Source: an uncultured bacterium
GTDB lineage: Bacteria > Omnitrophota > Omnitrophia > Omnitrophales > Abzuiibacteriaceae
Direction of reading: 5' to 3'
Assembly: GCA_964387845.1 (NCBI GenBank)
Contig: CAYLXA010000007.1
Coordinates: 32,001-96,000 of the forward strand
DNA: 64,000 nucleotides
Position numbers and translations under genes: made by a program. The notes beneath the pieces were generated by a model. The model was not told the origin of the DNA. It did no database searches and was given only the letters and a program-made list of their open reading frames with translations. This document shows positions 12,376 to 20,293 of this stretch, one piece after another; positions within the stretch are counted from its first letter, which is position 1, and every line of letters begins with the position of its first letter.

Positions 12376-13008
12376 ATGACAAAGCGAGACTTTCGCGAAA
12401 TTGAATTCAAGTGGTCTGTAAAATCTGCAAAAGAATTTGCTATTTTCCTTCATCATGCCAAAAAAATGGGTATCCGAATCGGTCCTGCGAAAAAAATTTC
12501 GATCGTGGATACGTATTTGGATACCCGAAACGGAATGTTTGCAAAATCCGGCATCAAAACCAGAATCCGGCGCGCCAATCAAAAATGGGAGCTGACGCAA
12601 AAGCGTATGAGCAAGCTCCGAAGAGGCCTGGCGAGACGTCAGGAAAAAACAATACGTTTGCCAAATTTTGATTCGGTGATTCAAACCATTCAATATGCTT
12701 CCAAAGAATTCCTTCAGGAATTTTTATGCGGAAAGCATGCCTGCGTGCTTTTCACAATCCGCAATCAACGGATTGCGAGAAAGTTGAAAATAACCCGAAA
12801 GACATCGGCCGAACTCTGCTTTGATCAAACCGTGATAAAACGCGGAAAAAAATCCGTTGTTTTGAAAGAAATCGAACTCGAATTTTTAAAAGGAAGGTTT
12901 TCGGAATTTAAGAAATTTATTTCGGCAATCACCCACTCATCAAGCCTCAAGCCCGCCAAAATTTCCAAAGTTGCGACTGCGCTCAAAACTTTCGGGCTTA
13001 AAACATAA
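12376..13008 (+). CDS. CYTH domain protein (triphosphate tunnel metalloenzyme-like)
   Basis: 210 aa. N-terminal REIEFKW resembles the CYTH EIE[RK]KF signature. SD-like AGAGGG upstream. Divergent from the SixA-like gene. Confidence 0.5.
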   Translation: MTKRDFREIEFKWSVKSAKEFAIFLHHAKKMGIRIGPAKKISIVDTYLDTRNGMFAKSGIKTRIRRANQKWELTQKRMSKLRRGLARRQEKTIRLPNFDSVIQTIQYASKEFLQEFLCGKHACVLFTIRNQRIARKLKITRKTSAELCFDQTVIKRGKKSVVLKEIELEFLKGRFSEFKKFISAITHSSSLKPAKISKVATALKTFGLKT

Positions 13009-13010
13009 CC

Positions 13011-13706
13011 TTACTGCGGCGGAGGAGTCTCGGAAGGTTTTTCGGACTCTTCTTCAGATGAGGGCGCGGATATTTTTGGATCGAATTTTTCCCGTGGTTT
13101 TGCAAACTCTTTCTCAATAATCGCTTTATCGCCAAACCTCATCATGCCCGCCACCAGAGGCCCCGGAAAAGATTGTTTTAACTTATTGCAGGTTTTTGCA
13201 ATGAAATTATAATTTCTCACTTTCGCTTCCAATCTCTCTTCGCACGAATCCAAAGTCGTCCTTGCTACAATGTATTCATGTTTTCTCATTAAATAAGGAT
13301 ATTTGTCGGTGGCCTTTACAAGACGTGTAATAACATTGCCAAATTCAGCCTGGGCAGTTTGAAATTTACCTGTCTTGCCCGGATTAATGTAAAGTTCAGC
13401 CGAAGCTTGAAGCTGCTCAACCTGTAAAGCGATTCGATTGGCTTGAACCATCAAACCCTGATCTTCCTTCTCTTTTTCGTGAGATCCGAAAAGCGAAAAG
13501 ATGGTCGCAATAATTCCCAGGCGCTCCCTGCAGGAAGTGCACAATTCCCTCCAGCCGGTAGTCGCACGGGCATCAGCACTCACCATTTTTGCAAGCACAA
13601 TACAGAATAAAATCGCAAAAATGATATTGGCGCCAACGACCAGGACCAAAAACCCTATGAGCAACTGAATGCCCATTTCGCCTATTGAGCCGGACATTTT
13701 CAGCAT
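13011..13706 (-). CDS. LemA family membrane protein
   Basis: 231 aa. N-terminal TM helix. VRNYNFIAKTCNKLKQSFPGPLVAGMMRFGDK matches the LemA conserved YN...FP...A..FG block. Pro/Glu/Ser-rich C-terminal tail. Confidence 0.6.
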   Translation of the reverse strand: MLKMSGSIGEMGIQLLIGFLVLVVGANIIFAILFCIVLAKMVSADARATTGWRELCTSCRERLGIIATIFSLFGSHEKEKEDQGLMVQANRIALQVEQLQASAELYINPGKTGKFQTAQAEFGNVITRLVKATDKYPYLMRKHEYIVARTTLDSCEERLEAKVRNYNFIAKTCNKLKQSFPGPLVAGMMRFGDKAIIEKEFAKPREKFDPKISAPSSEEESEKPSETPPPQ

Positions 13707-13795
13707 TTTTTAGCGACCTTGGTTGATTGAAATAAGGTGTTCTACAGATAAAGCTTGGTATGGTAATTACGTCGGCTGGATGGATTTCTTGACTT

Positions 13796-13984
13796 TTAAT
13801 CCTGCCGGTCAACTGAAAATGCGACCAGCTCTTCATCTTCAAATTGCGCGGAGATTTGGATGGGCTGGCAGCAAACCGTGCAATCCTGAACAAAAGATTG
13901 CTTCCCGCCGCCTGTTATATCCAAAATAACGCTGTTTAATTGACCGCAGTAAGGGCACTCAAACTCGCAATCCTGCTCAATCAT
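13796..13984 (-). CDS. CPXCG-motif cysteine-rich small protein (zinc ribbon)
   Basis: 62 aa. CPYCG ... CTVCC, two Cys pairs. 9 nt downstream of ppk on the same strand. Confidence 0.5.
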   Translation of the reverse strand: MIEQDCEFECPYCGQLNSVILDITGGGKQSFVQDCTVCCQPIQISAQFEDEELVAFSVDRQD

Positions 13985-13993
13985 AGCCGGAGT

Positions 13994-16078
13994 TTACTTG
14001 GGCTTTTGAGGCTTTAATTCGCGTGGCGGAGCTTGCAAGGAAGCTTCCTCGCGGTCAAGGATGCGTTTGCACAAAAATTCCTGGGCGCGGAATTTTTTTC
14101 TTGAATCCGTTTCGACTTTCTGATAATTCCCGTCCGGCAAAAGCTTCCAAGATTTCACGTTGTCCTTAAAATAAATATCCAAAAGCTGAGTTAGTTCTTT
14201 TTTAATTTCCTTGCTTTCGATCGGAAACATGATTTCGACCCGGCGGTCCAGGTTGCGCGGCATCCAATCGGCGCTCGCCAAATAAACCTCATCCTCGCCG
14301 CCATTCTGAAAGTAGAAAATTCTCGCATGCTCGAGAAACATATCTACCAAACTAGTAACTTCAATGTTGTCGCTCAATCCCTGAACGCCCGGTTTTAAGC
14401 AGCAAATGCCGCGCACATTCAACTTGATTTTAACGCCGGCTTTAGACGCGCGGTACAAAGCTTCGATCACTATCGGATCCACAAGCGAGTTCATTTTGGC
14501 CATAATCAGGCCCGGTTTTTCGGTGCTTGAGCGCATGGATTCACGCGTAATCAGCCGGAGAAGTTTGCGCTTGAGCGTAAACGGCGCGACATCGATTTTG
14601 TTCCAACTGGCCGGCTCCGAAAATCCCGTGATCATATTGAAAAACGCAGACAAGTCACCTGCGATACCCTCGTCACATGTAAAGAGACCGACGTCGGAAT
14701 AAAGCCGTGCGGTTTTCTCATTGTAATTACCGGTTGATAAATGCGCGTAGCGCTTAATTCCTTCCGGCTCACGCCTGATGACAAGACATGCTTTGGCGTG
14801 CGTCTTGAGGCCGCGAACACCGTACAACACGTTGGCGCCTGCGATTTCAAGGCGTTTTGCCCATTCAATATTCCTCTCTTCATCAAAGCGGGCTTTGAGC
14901 TCAACGAGTGCTGTCACCTGCTTGCCGTTTTCCGCTGCGCGCTCCAGCGCACGCATGACGGCCGAATCTTTACCTGCTCGATAAAGTGTTTGCTTAATCG
15001 CAAGCACATCCGGATCGGCAGAAGCCGCATTGATAAATTGCAGAAACGCATCAAAAGATTCATAAGGATGCTGAACACAAACATCCTTTTGTTTGATCAA
15101 TTCCCAGATATCGTCGACGTTCGCAAATTCAACTGATGCGCGAGGCCCCCATTCCGGCTGTTTAAACTCATCAAATCCGGGCCGAAAAGCAATTTGTGAA
15201 ATGGTTTTCAAATCAAACCAGCTTTCGACCGGGCAAATCACCTCATCCGAAAATTCAAGCCGGGTCTTCAAAAATTGCGTGAGTACGGCCGAAGCCGCAA
15301 GCTCGGCGCGGACAATATCGCCGTGACGGCGCGCCCGCAATGCCTCACTCATCACCTGCGCAAAGTCATCATCTCTGTCTTCGTCAATATTAAATTCAGC
15401 GCCGCGCGTCAGACGCATCAAACCCTGATCGATGATTTCGTAGCCGGTAAAAAGTTCGCTCGCAAAAAGCGAAACCACATCTTCCAGCAATACAAATGAG
15501 AACCCCGCGCTCTGCGGTAGCGAAATCATGCGCGGAAGATTGCGCGGAATTTCAATGGCGGCAAACTCTTGCTTAACAGCTCCCGGTTTTAAGAGTGAAA
15601 CCACCATATAAAGCGCCAGATTTCCAAGCGTCGGTGTTCTTTCATTTTCGGAAATAGCGATCGGCGTCAGAACCGGAAACAATTCCTTCTCGAAAAAGTG
15701 GCGGATGTAACTTAGTTGAAACTCATTCAGTGCCTGCTTTTTAATGCGGGAAATCCCTGCTTTTTCAAGTTCCGGGATCAATGTCTTAAGAAAATAATCG
15801 TTCTGAACCTGAATCAGCTGATGCGCTTTAGCGCGAACCTGGCGGGCTTCTTCAGACCCGCTTTTGAGGCCCGCAACCCGTACCATGAAAAATTCGTCGA
15901 AATTTGAACTCACAATTCCGATAAATTTTAACCGCTCCAAAAGCGGATTGGCGGCGTCCATTGCTTCCGCTAAAACCCGTTCATTAAACTGAAGCCACGA
16001 AATTTCGCGGTTAAGCAGGCGATCCTGAATATCTTTGTTGATTTCTGAAGTCGGCATCTTGATAATCTCAAATTTCAA
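13994..16078 (-). CDS. ppk: polyphosphate kinase 1
   Basis: 694 aa. NRELSWLQFNERVL-type N-terminus and two PLD-like HKD regions (HAKACLV, HSKLAL-like). Confidence 0.92.
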   Translation of the reverse strand: MKFEIIKMPTSEINKDIQDRLLNREISWLQFNERVLAEAMDAANPLLERLKFIGIVSSNFDEFFMVRVAGLKSGSEEARQVRAKAHQLIQVQNDYFLKTLIPELEKAGISRIKKQALNEFQLSYIRHFFEKELFPVLTPIAISENERTPTLGNLALYMVVSLLKPGAVKQEFAAIEIPRNLPRMISLPQSAGFSFVLLEDVVSLFASELFTGYEIIDQGLMRLTRGAEFNIDEDRDDDFAQVMSEALRARRHGDIVRAELAASAVLTQFLKTRLEFSDEVICPVESWFDLKTISQIAFRPGFDEFKQPEWGPRASVEFANVDDIWELIKQKDVCVQHPYESFDAFLQFINAASADPDVLAIKQTLYRAGKDSAVMRALERAAENGKQVTALVELKARFDEERNIEWAKRLEIAGANVLYGVRGLKTHAKACLVIRREPEGIKRYAHLSTGNYNEKTARLYSDVGLFTCDEGIAGDLSAFFNMITGFSEPASWNKIDVAPFTLKRKLLRLITRESMRSSTEKPGLIMAKMNSLVDPIVIEALYRASKAGVKIKLNVRGICCLKPGVQGLSDNIEVTSLVDMFLEHARIFYFQNGGEDEVYLASADWMPRNLDRRVEIMFPIESKEIKKELTQLLDIYFKDNVKSWKLLPDGNYQKVETDSRKKFRAQEFLCKRILDREEASLQAPPRELKPQKPK

Positions 16079-16135
16079 AATTCAAATATCAAAATCAGAC
16101 TTTTTAAATTTTGATATTTGAAATTTGAATTTTAT
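16071..16135. repeat. AT-rich palindromic element, copy A (arms AAATTTCAAAATTCAAATATCAAAAT / ATTTTGATATTTGAAATTTGAATTTT)
   Basis: Near-perfect ~26-bp inverted repeat with an 11-nt loop. It exactly fills the ppx-stop to ppk-start spacer. Same core as the copies at 22717 and 27205. Confidence 0.7.
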
Positions 16136-17694
16136 GTTTTTGGCGGTTGACCTTGTTTCAATAAAATCGGCCGGCCGAAAATGTCGGAAAACATGCTGCC
16201 TTTTTTGGATAATCCGTCACGCTCGAGCGTCACATCGCCGATTTCTTCAGGAACCCATAAAACAAACGAATCTTTCTTGGACTCAAGTTCAAACGTACGG
16301 ATTTTTTGCTGATGACTCCGGTCTAATGAATCGGCCACCCGTAAAATAGCCGCAAGTTTTGAAACGGTGGCCCGGTCTTGCTTGGTCAGTGACATGTAGG
16401 CCACATGATCCGGCTGAGGAGACGCGCGGCGGTGATAACGCACAATATTTGAGACAAGATCTTTATCGCTTTTTCGAAGCCCGAAAATTTCGGCGGCATC
16501 GACTAAGTAACTGGAATGTTTATGGTGGCTTGTGGCCGCAATAAACATGCCGATATCGTGCAAAATAGCGGAGACCTCAAGTATCAGCCGGTCACGCGTT
16601 CCGAGCCCGTGCTCCTCTTTCAGCAAATCAAATAATTTAACCGACAAACTGGCGACATGCAGCGAATGGGATTCGTCATATTGATATTTTTTTGCCAAAT
16701 GCTTTGCCGAGTTAATGACCTGCTTTGACAAATCAGTTCTTTTATAGCCCGAAAGCAACTGGGAAAGTTCGATCAAAAGGCCGTCCCGGATACTGACCGC
16801 AGGCACCACAATCTTCTCCGCTTTCGTTTCATTCGCAAAATTAGCATAAATCAAGAGAGACGGATAAAGCGTTTCTGCTTCTACATAAGGAATGCCGTAT
16901 TTATCCACAATTTCTTCGGGGGTTAATTTTGAAAGGCTTGTTACAAATTTCTGGAAATCCTTGTTATCAATAATTGAAAAATCTTCCGCAGGTTTTTCAA
17001 TCAGCTGTTTGGCGGCAAAACGAATGTCGCCGCCTAAAGCAATAAACGTATCAATTTCACCCAGATTATATTCACGGCCCGCATAAACCGCGATTCCGTG
17101 AATGCTGCGCTTTAAAACGCGCTGCATCACTTCCGGTTCGGTCTTGCCTGCAATCGCCTGCTCGGGAAGCCGCACGGACCCGATCGAAAGCATCCGGGTC
17201 AATTCGACAACGCCTTTATTTAAAATAATCATTTCCGTACTTCCGGATCCTACTTCAATCACCAGACAATTCTTTTTACCAAAATCAAATTTATCCTGGA
17301 AGACACGCTCAATCGCAATCAGCACAAGCCGGTTTTCCTCCGCGCCTTCCACGACTTCCACATCAATTCCGGTTTGGACAAACACGCGGTCGACGAAATT
17401 ATCGCGGTTAGAAGCTTCTCGGACAGCGCTCGTCGCAATGGCATGAATATTTTTAATGTTGTAGCCGTCAATAACGGTCTTAAAATTCTTGAGAATTTCG
17501 ATACCGTCACGCATCACGCTGTTGCTGATTCTTCCGGAGGTAAACACATCTTTGCCGAAGGCGACGGGTTTTTGAAGATTCTCAAGATAATGAATTTCAG
17601 ACTTTCCTCCCACTTCGGCAACCGCCATGCGGATTCCGCTCGTTCCGATATCAATCACCGCAACCGGTTGTTTGACCGCTGTCTCCGCAGACAT
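16132..17694 (-). CDS. ppx: Ppx/GppA family exopolyphosphatase / guanosine pentaphosphate phosphohydrolase with C-terminal HD domain
   Basis: The start is probably MSAETAVKQPVAVIDIGTSGIRM (ASKHA fold N-terminus). The HD motif ILHDIG is present. The track ORF extends 41 aa further upstream into the ROK gene. The corrected start overlaps the ROK stop by 4 nt. Confidence 0.85.
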   Translation of the reverse strand: MSAETAVKQPVAVIDIGTSGIRMAVAEVGGKSEIHYLENLQKPVAFGKDVFTSGRISNSVMRDGIEILKNFKTVIDGYNIKNIHAIATSAVREASNRDNFVDRVFVQTGIDVEVVEGAEENRLVLIAIERVFQDKFDFGKKNCLVIEVGSGSTEMIILNKGVVELTRMLSIGSVRLPEQAIAGKTEPEVMQRVLKRSIHGIAVYAGREYNLGEIDTFIALGGDIRFAAKQLIEKPAEDFSIIDNKDFQKFVTSLSKLTPEEIVDKYGIPYVEAETLYPSLLIYANFANETKAEKIVVPAVSIRDGLLIELSQLLSGYKRTDLSKQVINSAKHLAKKYQYDESHSLHVASLSVKLFDLLKEEHGLGTRDRLILEVSAILHDIGMFIAATSHHKHSSYLVDAAEIFGLRKSDKDLVSNIVRYHRRASPQPDHVAYMSLTKQDRATVSKLAAILRVADSLDRSHQQKIRTFELESKKDSFVLWVPEEIGDVTLERDGLSKKGSMFSDIFGRPILLKQGQPPKT

Positions 17695-17695
17695 T

Positions 17696-18703
17696 TTAAT
17701 CCCTCTTCTTTTCCTGGTAGTGATCCCACGCCAGTTTGGCAGCGCCCAAAATAATCGCGTCATCTTTGAGCTGTGCCGGCACAACCGCAACGTATTTGGC
17801 GATCGACTGCATGGCATGCTGCCGCATTGATTCGCGCGCTTCGTTCACTACAATACGTGACATCGCTTCTACCAACCCTCCGCCCAAGACAATCATCTCG
17901 GGATTGAGGATATTGACCACATTCGCCATCGCAATACCGAGGATGCGCGACTTTCGGATCATCAGGTCTTTGATTTTTTGATCCCCGGCATCAATCGCAC
18001 GTTTCAATGCGCCGCTTTTAATGTCTTTGATGTCCGTCCCGGACATTTTGTATAGTTTCGGAGCCTGTTGCTTCGCTGCCAAGAGCGCTGCTTCTGAAGC
18101 AATCGCCAAGCGGCCCGCCAATGCCTCCAGACAACCGCGCTTGCCGCATCCGCACATCGGGCCCAGTGGATCCACCAAAATATGCCCGATTTCGCCTGCA
18201 GCGCCAGTAAATCCGCGATACAACGCGCCATTTAATATGAGAGCGCCGCCGATGCCGGTTCCCGGAAAAATACCGACCACATGCTTATGGCCTTTGGCGG
18301 CGCCGAAAACAAGTTCTCCATAGAGGCCTGCATTGACGTCATTTTCGAGGACAACCGGTACTTTAAAGATTTTGGATATTTTTTTTGCAAGCGGATATTG
18401 CTTCAGAAAACGAACATTTGGCGATTCAATCACAACACCGCGATCATCAATAATGCCCGGGCAGCCGATGCCGATGGCTTTCAGATTCTTAAGATCGACG
18501 TCCGATTCATCGGTAACTTGATAAATACTTTCTGCGATATCATCAATAAAATTTTTCCCGCCTTTAGACACTTCGGTTTTCATTTTTGTGGAAGCCAAAA
18601 CGCGGAAATGATCATTCATTAAAGCGGTCAGCATCTTGGTGCCGCCCAAATCAATGCCGACAATATATTTTTTCTTTTTCTTATTTTTTTTCTTTTTTGC
18701 CAT
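17696..18703 (-). CDS. ROK family sugar kinase (glucokinase-like) with poly-lysine N-terminus
   Basis: 335 aa. MAKKKKNKKKKKYIVGIDLGGTKM. Zinc motif CGCGKRGCLE typical of ROK kinases. Confidence 0.8.
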   Translation of the reverse strand: MAKKKKNKKKKKYIVGIDLGGTKMLTALMNDHFRVLASTKMKTEVSKGGKNFIDDIAESIYQVTDESDVDLKNLKAIGIGCPGIIDDRGVVIESPNVRFLKQYPLAKKISKIFKVPVVLENDVNAGLYGELVFGAAKGHKHVVGIFPGTGIGGALILNGALYRGFTGAAGEIGHILVDPLGPMCGCGKRGCLEALAGRLAIASEAALLAAKQQAPKLYKMSGTDIKDIKSGALKRAIDAGDQKIKDLMIRKSRILGIAMANVVNILNPEMIVLGGGLVEAMSRIVVNEARESMRQHAMQSIAKYVAVVPAQLKDDAIILGAAKLAWDHYQEKKRD

Positions 18704-18705
18704 CG

Positions 18706-19650
18706 CTAATTCCTTGACACTGCAAGCTCGGGAAAGTTAAGTTTTTGCCAGCCGGTCCCCTGATGACCAAAGCTGAAAAGCTCCGGGTGAAAAATCTCTG
18801 CCAAAATTTCAAATGATTCCAAAAGCCTCGGGCCGGGCCGGTTAAAATATTGATTACCGTCCGCCAAAAACACCTTTCTTTCGCGCACCGCTTTTAACTG
18901 GTTCCAACCGGGCTGCGCAAAAAGCGGTTCTAATTCGGTTTTGGTCCGGGCCATATCAAATCCGCACGGCACAATCATGATCACATCCGGATCTGCTTCT
19001 TTTAACTTTTCCCACTCAAGCCAGGGAGAATGTTTTCCGGCTTCGCCAAATAAATTATCAGCACCGGCTGCTTCCACGAGTTCCGGAACCCAATTACCGG
19101 ACGTCATTAAAGGATCGATCCATTCCAAAAGCACGGTACGCGGACGGTTATTTGCTTGGTGCGCTTTTTTGGCAATGGCTGCCATTTGATTTTCCATATC
19201 CCGGACAAGTTTTTCGCCATTTTGTTTCACACCAAGCTCGCCGGCAATTTTCAAAATATCCGAGAAAACATCTGAAAGTGAATTGGGTTTGAACGAAATG
19301 ATTCTTGCCTTAGATCCCATCATTTCACAAACTGCTTGTTCTACATCCTTCAAACTTACCGCACAAACCTCGCACTGATCCTGAGTCAGGATAAAATCGG
19401 GCGCCAGAGATTTAAGTTTTGCAGAATCGATCTCATAGATAGAGATCGCATTGTGCGCGAGCGATTTGACCGCCCGGTCGATCTCGGAGCTTTTGGCATA
19501 AATATCAATCTTGGGCTTGCTGAGCTGCGGAAGTTCTTTAACGGATCCGGGGAAATCACACTCATGCGAGCGGCCGATTAATTGATCTCGGAGCCCAAGT
19601 GCGCAAATAATTTCTGTTGCGCTCGACAGCAGAGATACAATTTTCGGCAT
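18706..19650 (-). CDS. periplasmic-binding-protein type (class III, BtuF/FhuD-like) protein lacking a signal peptide
   Basis: 314 aa. It starts directly with the first beta-strand motif KIVSLLSSATEIICALG. No hydrophobic leader. Confidence 0.6.
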   Translation of the reverse strand: MPKIVSLLSSATEIICALGLRDQLIGRSHECDFPGSVKELPQLSKPKIDIYAKSSEIDRAVKSLAHNAISIYEIDSAKLKSLAPDFILTQDQCEVCAVSLKDVEQAVCEMMGSKARIISFKPNSLSDVFSDILKIAGELGVKQNGEKLVRDMENQMAAIAKKAHQANNRPRTVLLEWIDPLMTSGNWVPELVEAAGADNLFGEAGKHSPWLEWEKLKEADPDVIMIVPCGFDMARTKTELEPLFAQPGWNQLKAVRERKVFLADGNQYFNRPGPRLLESFEILAEIFHPELFSFGHQGTGWQKLNFPELAVSRN

Positions 19651-19679
19651 AAAACACCTTCTGTCGCATTGAACACCCT

Positions 19680-20210
19680 TTAATTGATCGCGACAATGCG
19701 AGAATCGCGCAACGCAGGATTGATACGCTCAAACGACCAACTCAACCCAAAAAGAACAACGGTAAACAGCATATCGCCGGCTAAAGTATTTCTGAAAAAC
19801 GGGAGCGCCATGGCGAAACATTCCACAAGCCCAGCCATAGTCTTAGGATACAACGTGTCAATGAGCCATACGCCGAAATTAGTAATCATAAAAAACATGA
19901 CGGAACTTGCAAGCGCCGCAATCAAAATATTGCCGGCGCTTTTCTTTTGCCGAAGCCAAAACCCGATGCCAATCACCAAAGCCAGGCAGCCATAAGTCGC
20001 GATTACTTGACTATGAAAACCAATTACCAGATCGCTTAACAAGAGCGCGCCGAAAGTGACCAGAAAAGCAGCACGTTTATCGGAAAACTGTGCACCGCCA
20101 AAAAGCGCCATCGCCACAACGGGCGTTAAGTTCGGTGGATGAGGAATCAGCCGTGAAGCAGCTGCGGATAAGGTTAACGCAAGCAGCATCCAAAATCTGG
20201 GTTTTAACAT
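19680..20210 (-). CDS. small integral membrane protein (ECF S-component-like / putative substrate-capture protein)
   Basis: 176 aa, ~5-6 predicted TM helices (MLLALTLSAA..., LVIGFHSQV..., FFMITNFGVWLI...). Confidence 0.4.
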   Translation of the reverse strand: MLKPRFWMLLALTLSAAASRLIPHPPNLTPVVAMALFGGAQFSDKRAAFLVTFGALLLSDLVIGFHSQVIATYGCLALVIGIGFWLRQKKSAGNILIAALASSVMFFMITNFGVWLIDTLYPKTMAGLVECFAMALPFFRNTLAGDMLFTVVLFGLSWSFERINPALRDSRIVAIN

Positions 20211-20293
20211 TCAGTGTCTCCTTTTCGTCAATGACGAGTTATACAATAAACTTAATTATCGTTCTGATATGTAAAATCTTGGTAAGAAAAAAC

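Noticed and set aside
17696-17817. Long N-terminal extension of the ppx ORF overlapping the ROK gene
   Set aside because: The Ppx/GppA fold begins at VAVIDIGTSGIRM. Using MSAETAVKQ as the start gives the common 4-nt stop/start overlap with the ROK gene. The 41 extra residues are Arg/Cys-rich translation of the ROK 3' end in another frame.
20211-20293. Possible cobalamin or other riboswitch upstream of the membrane-protein/PBP pair
   Set aside because: The spacer is only 83 nt and AT-rich, and it lacks the conserved B12-box or any extended GC-paired structure.
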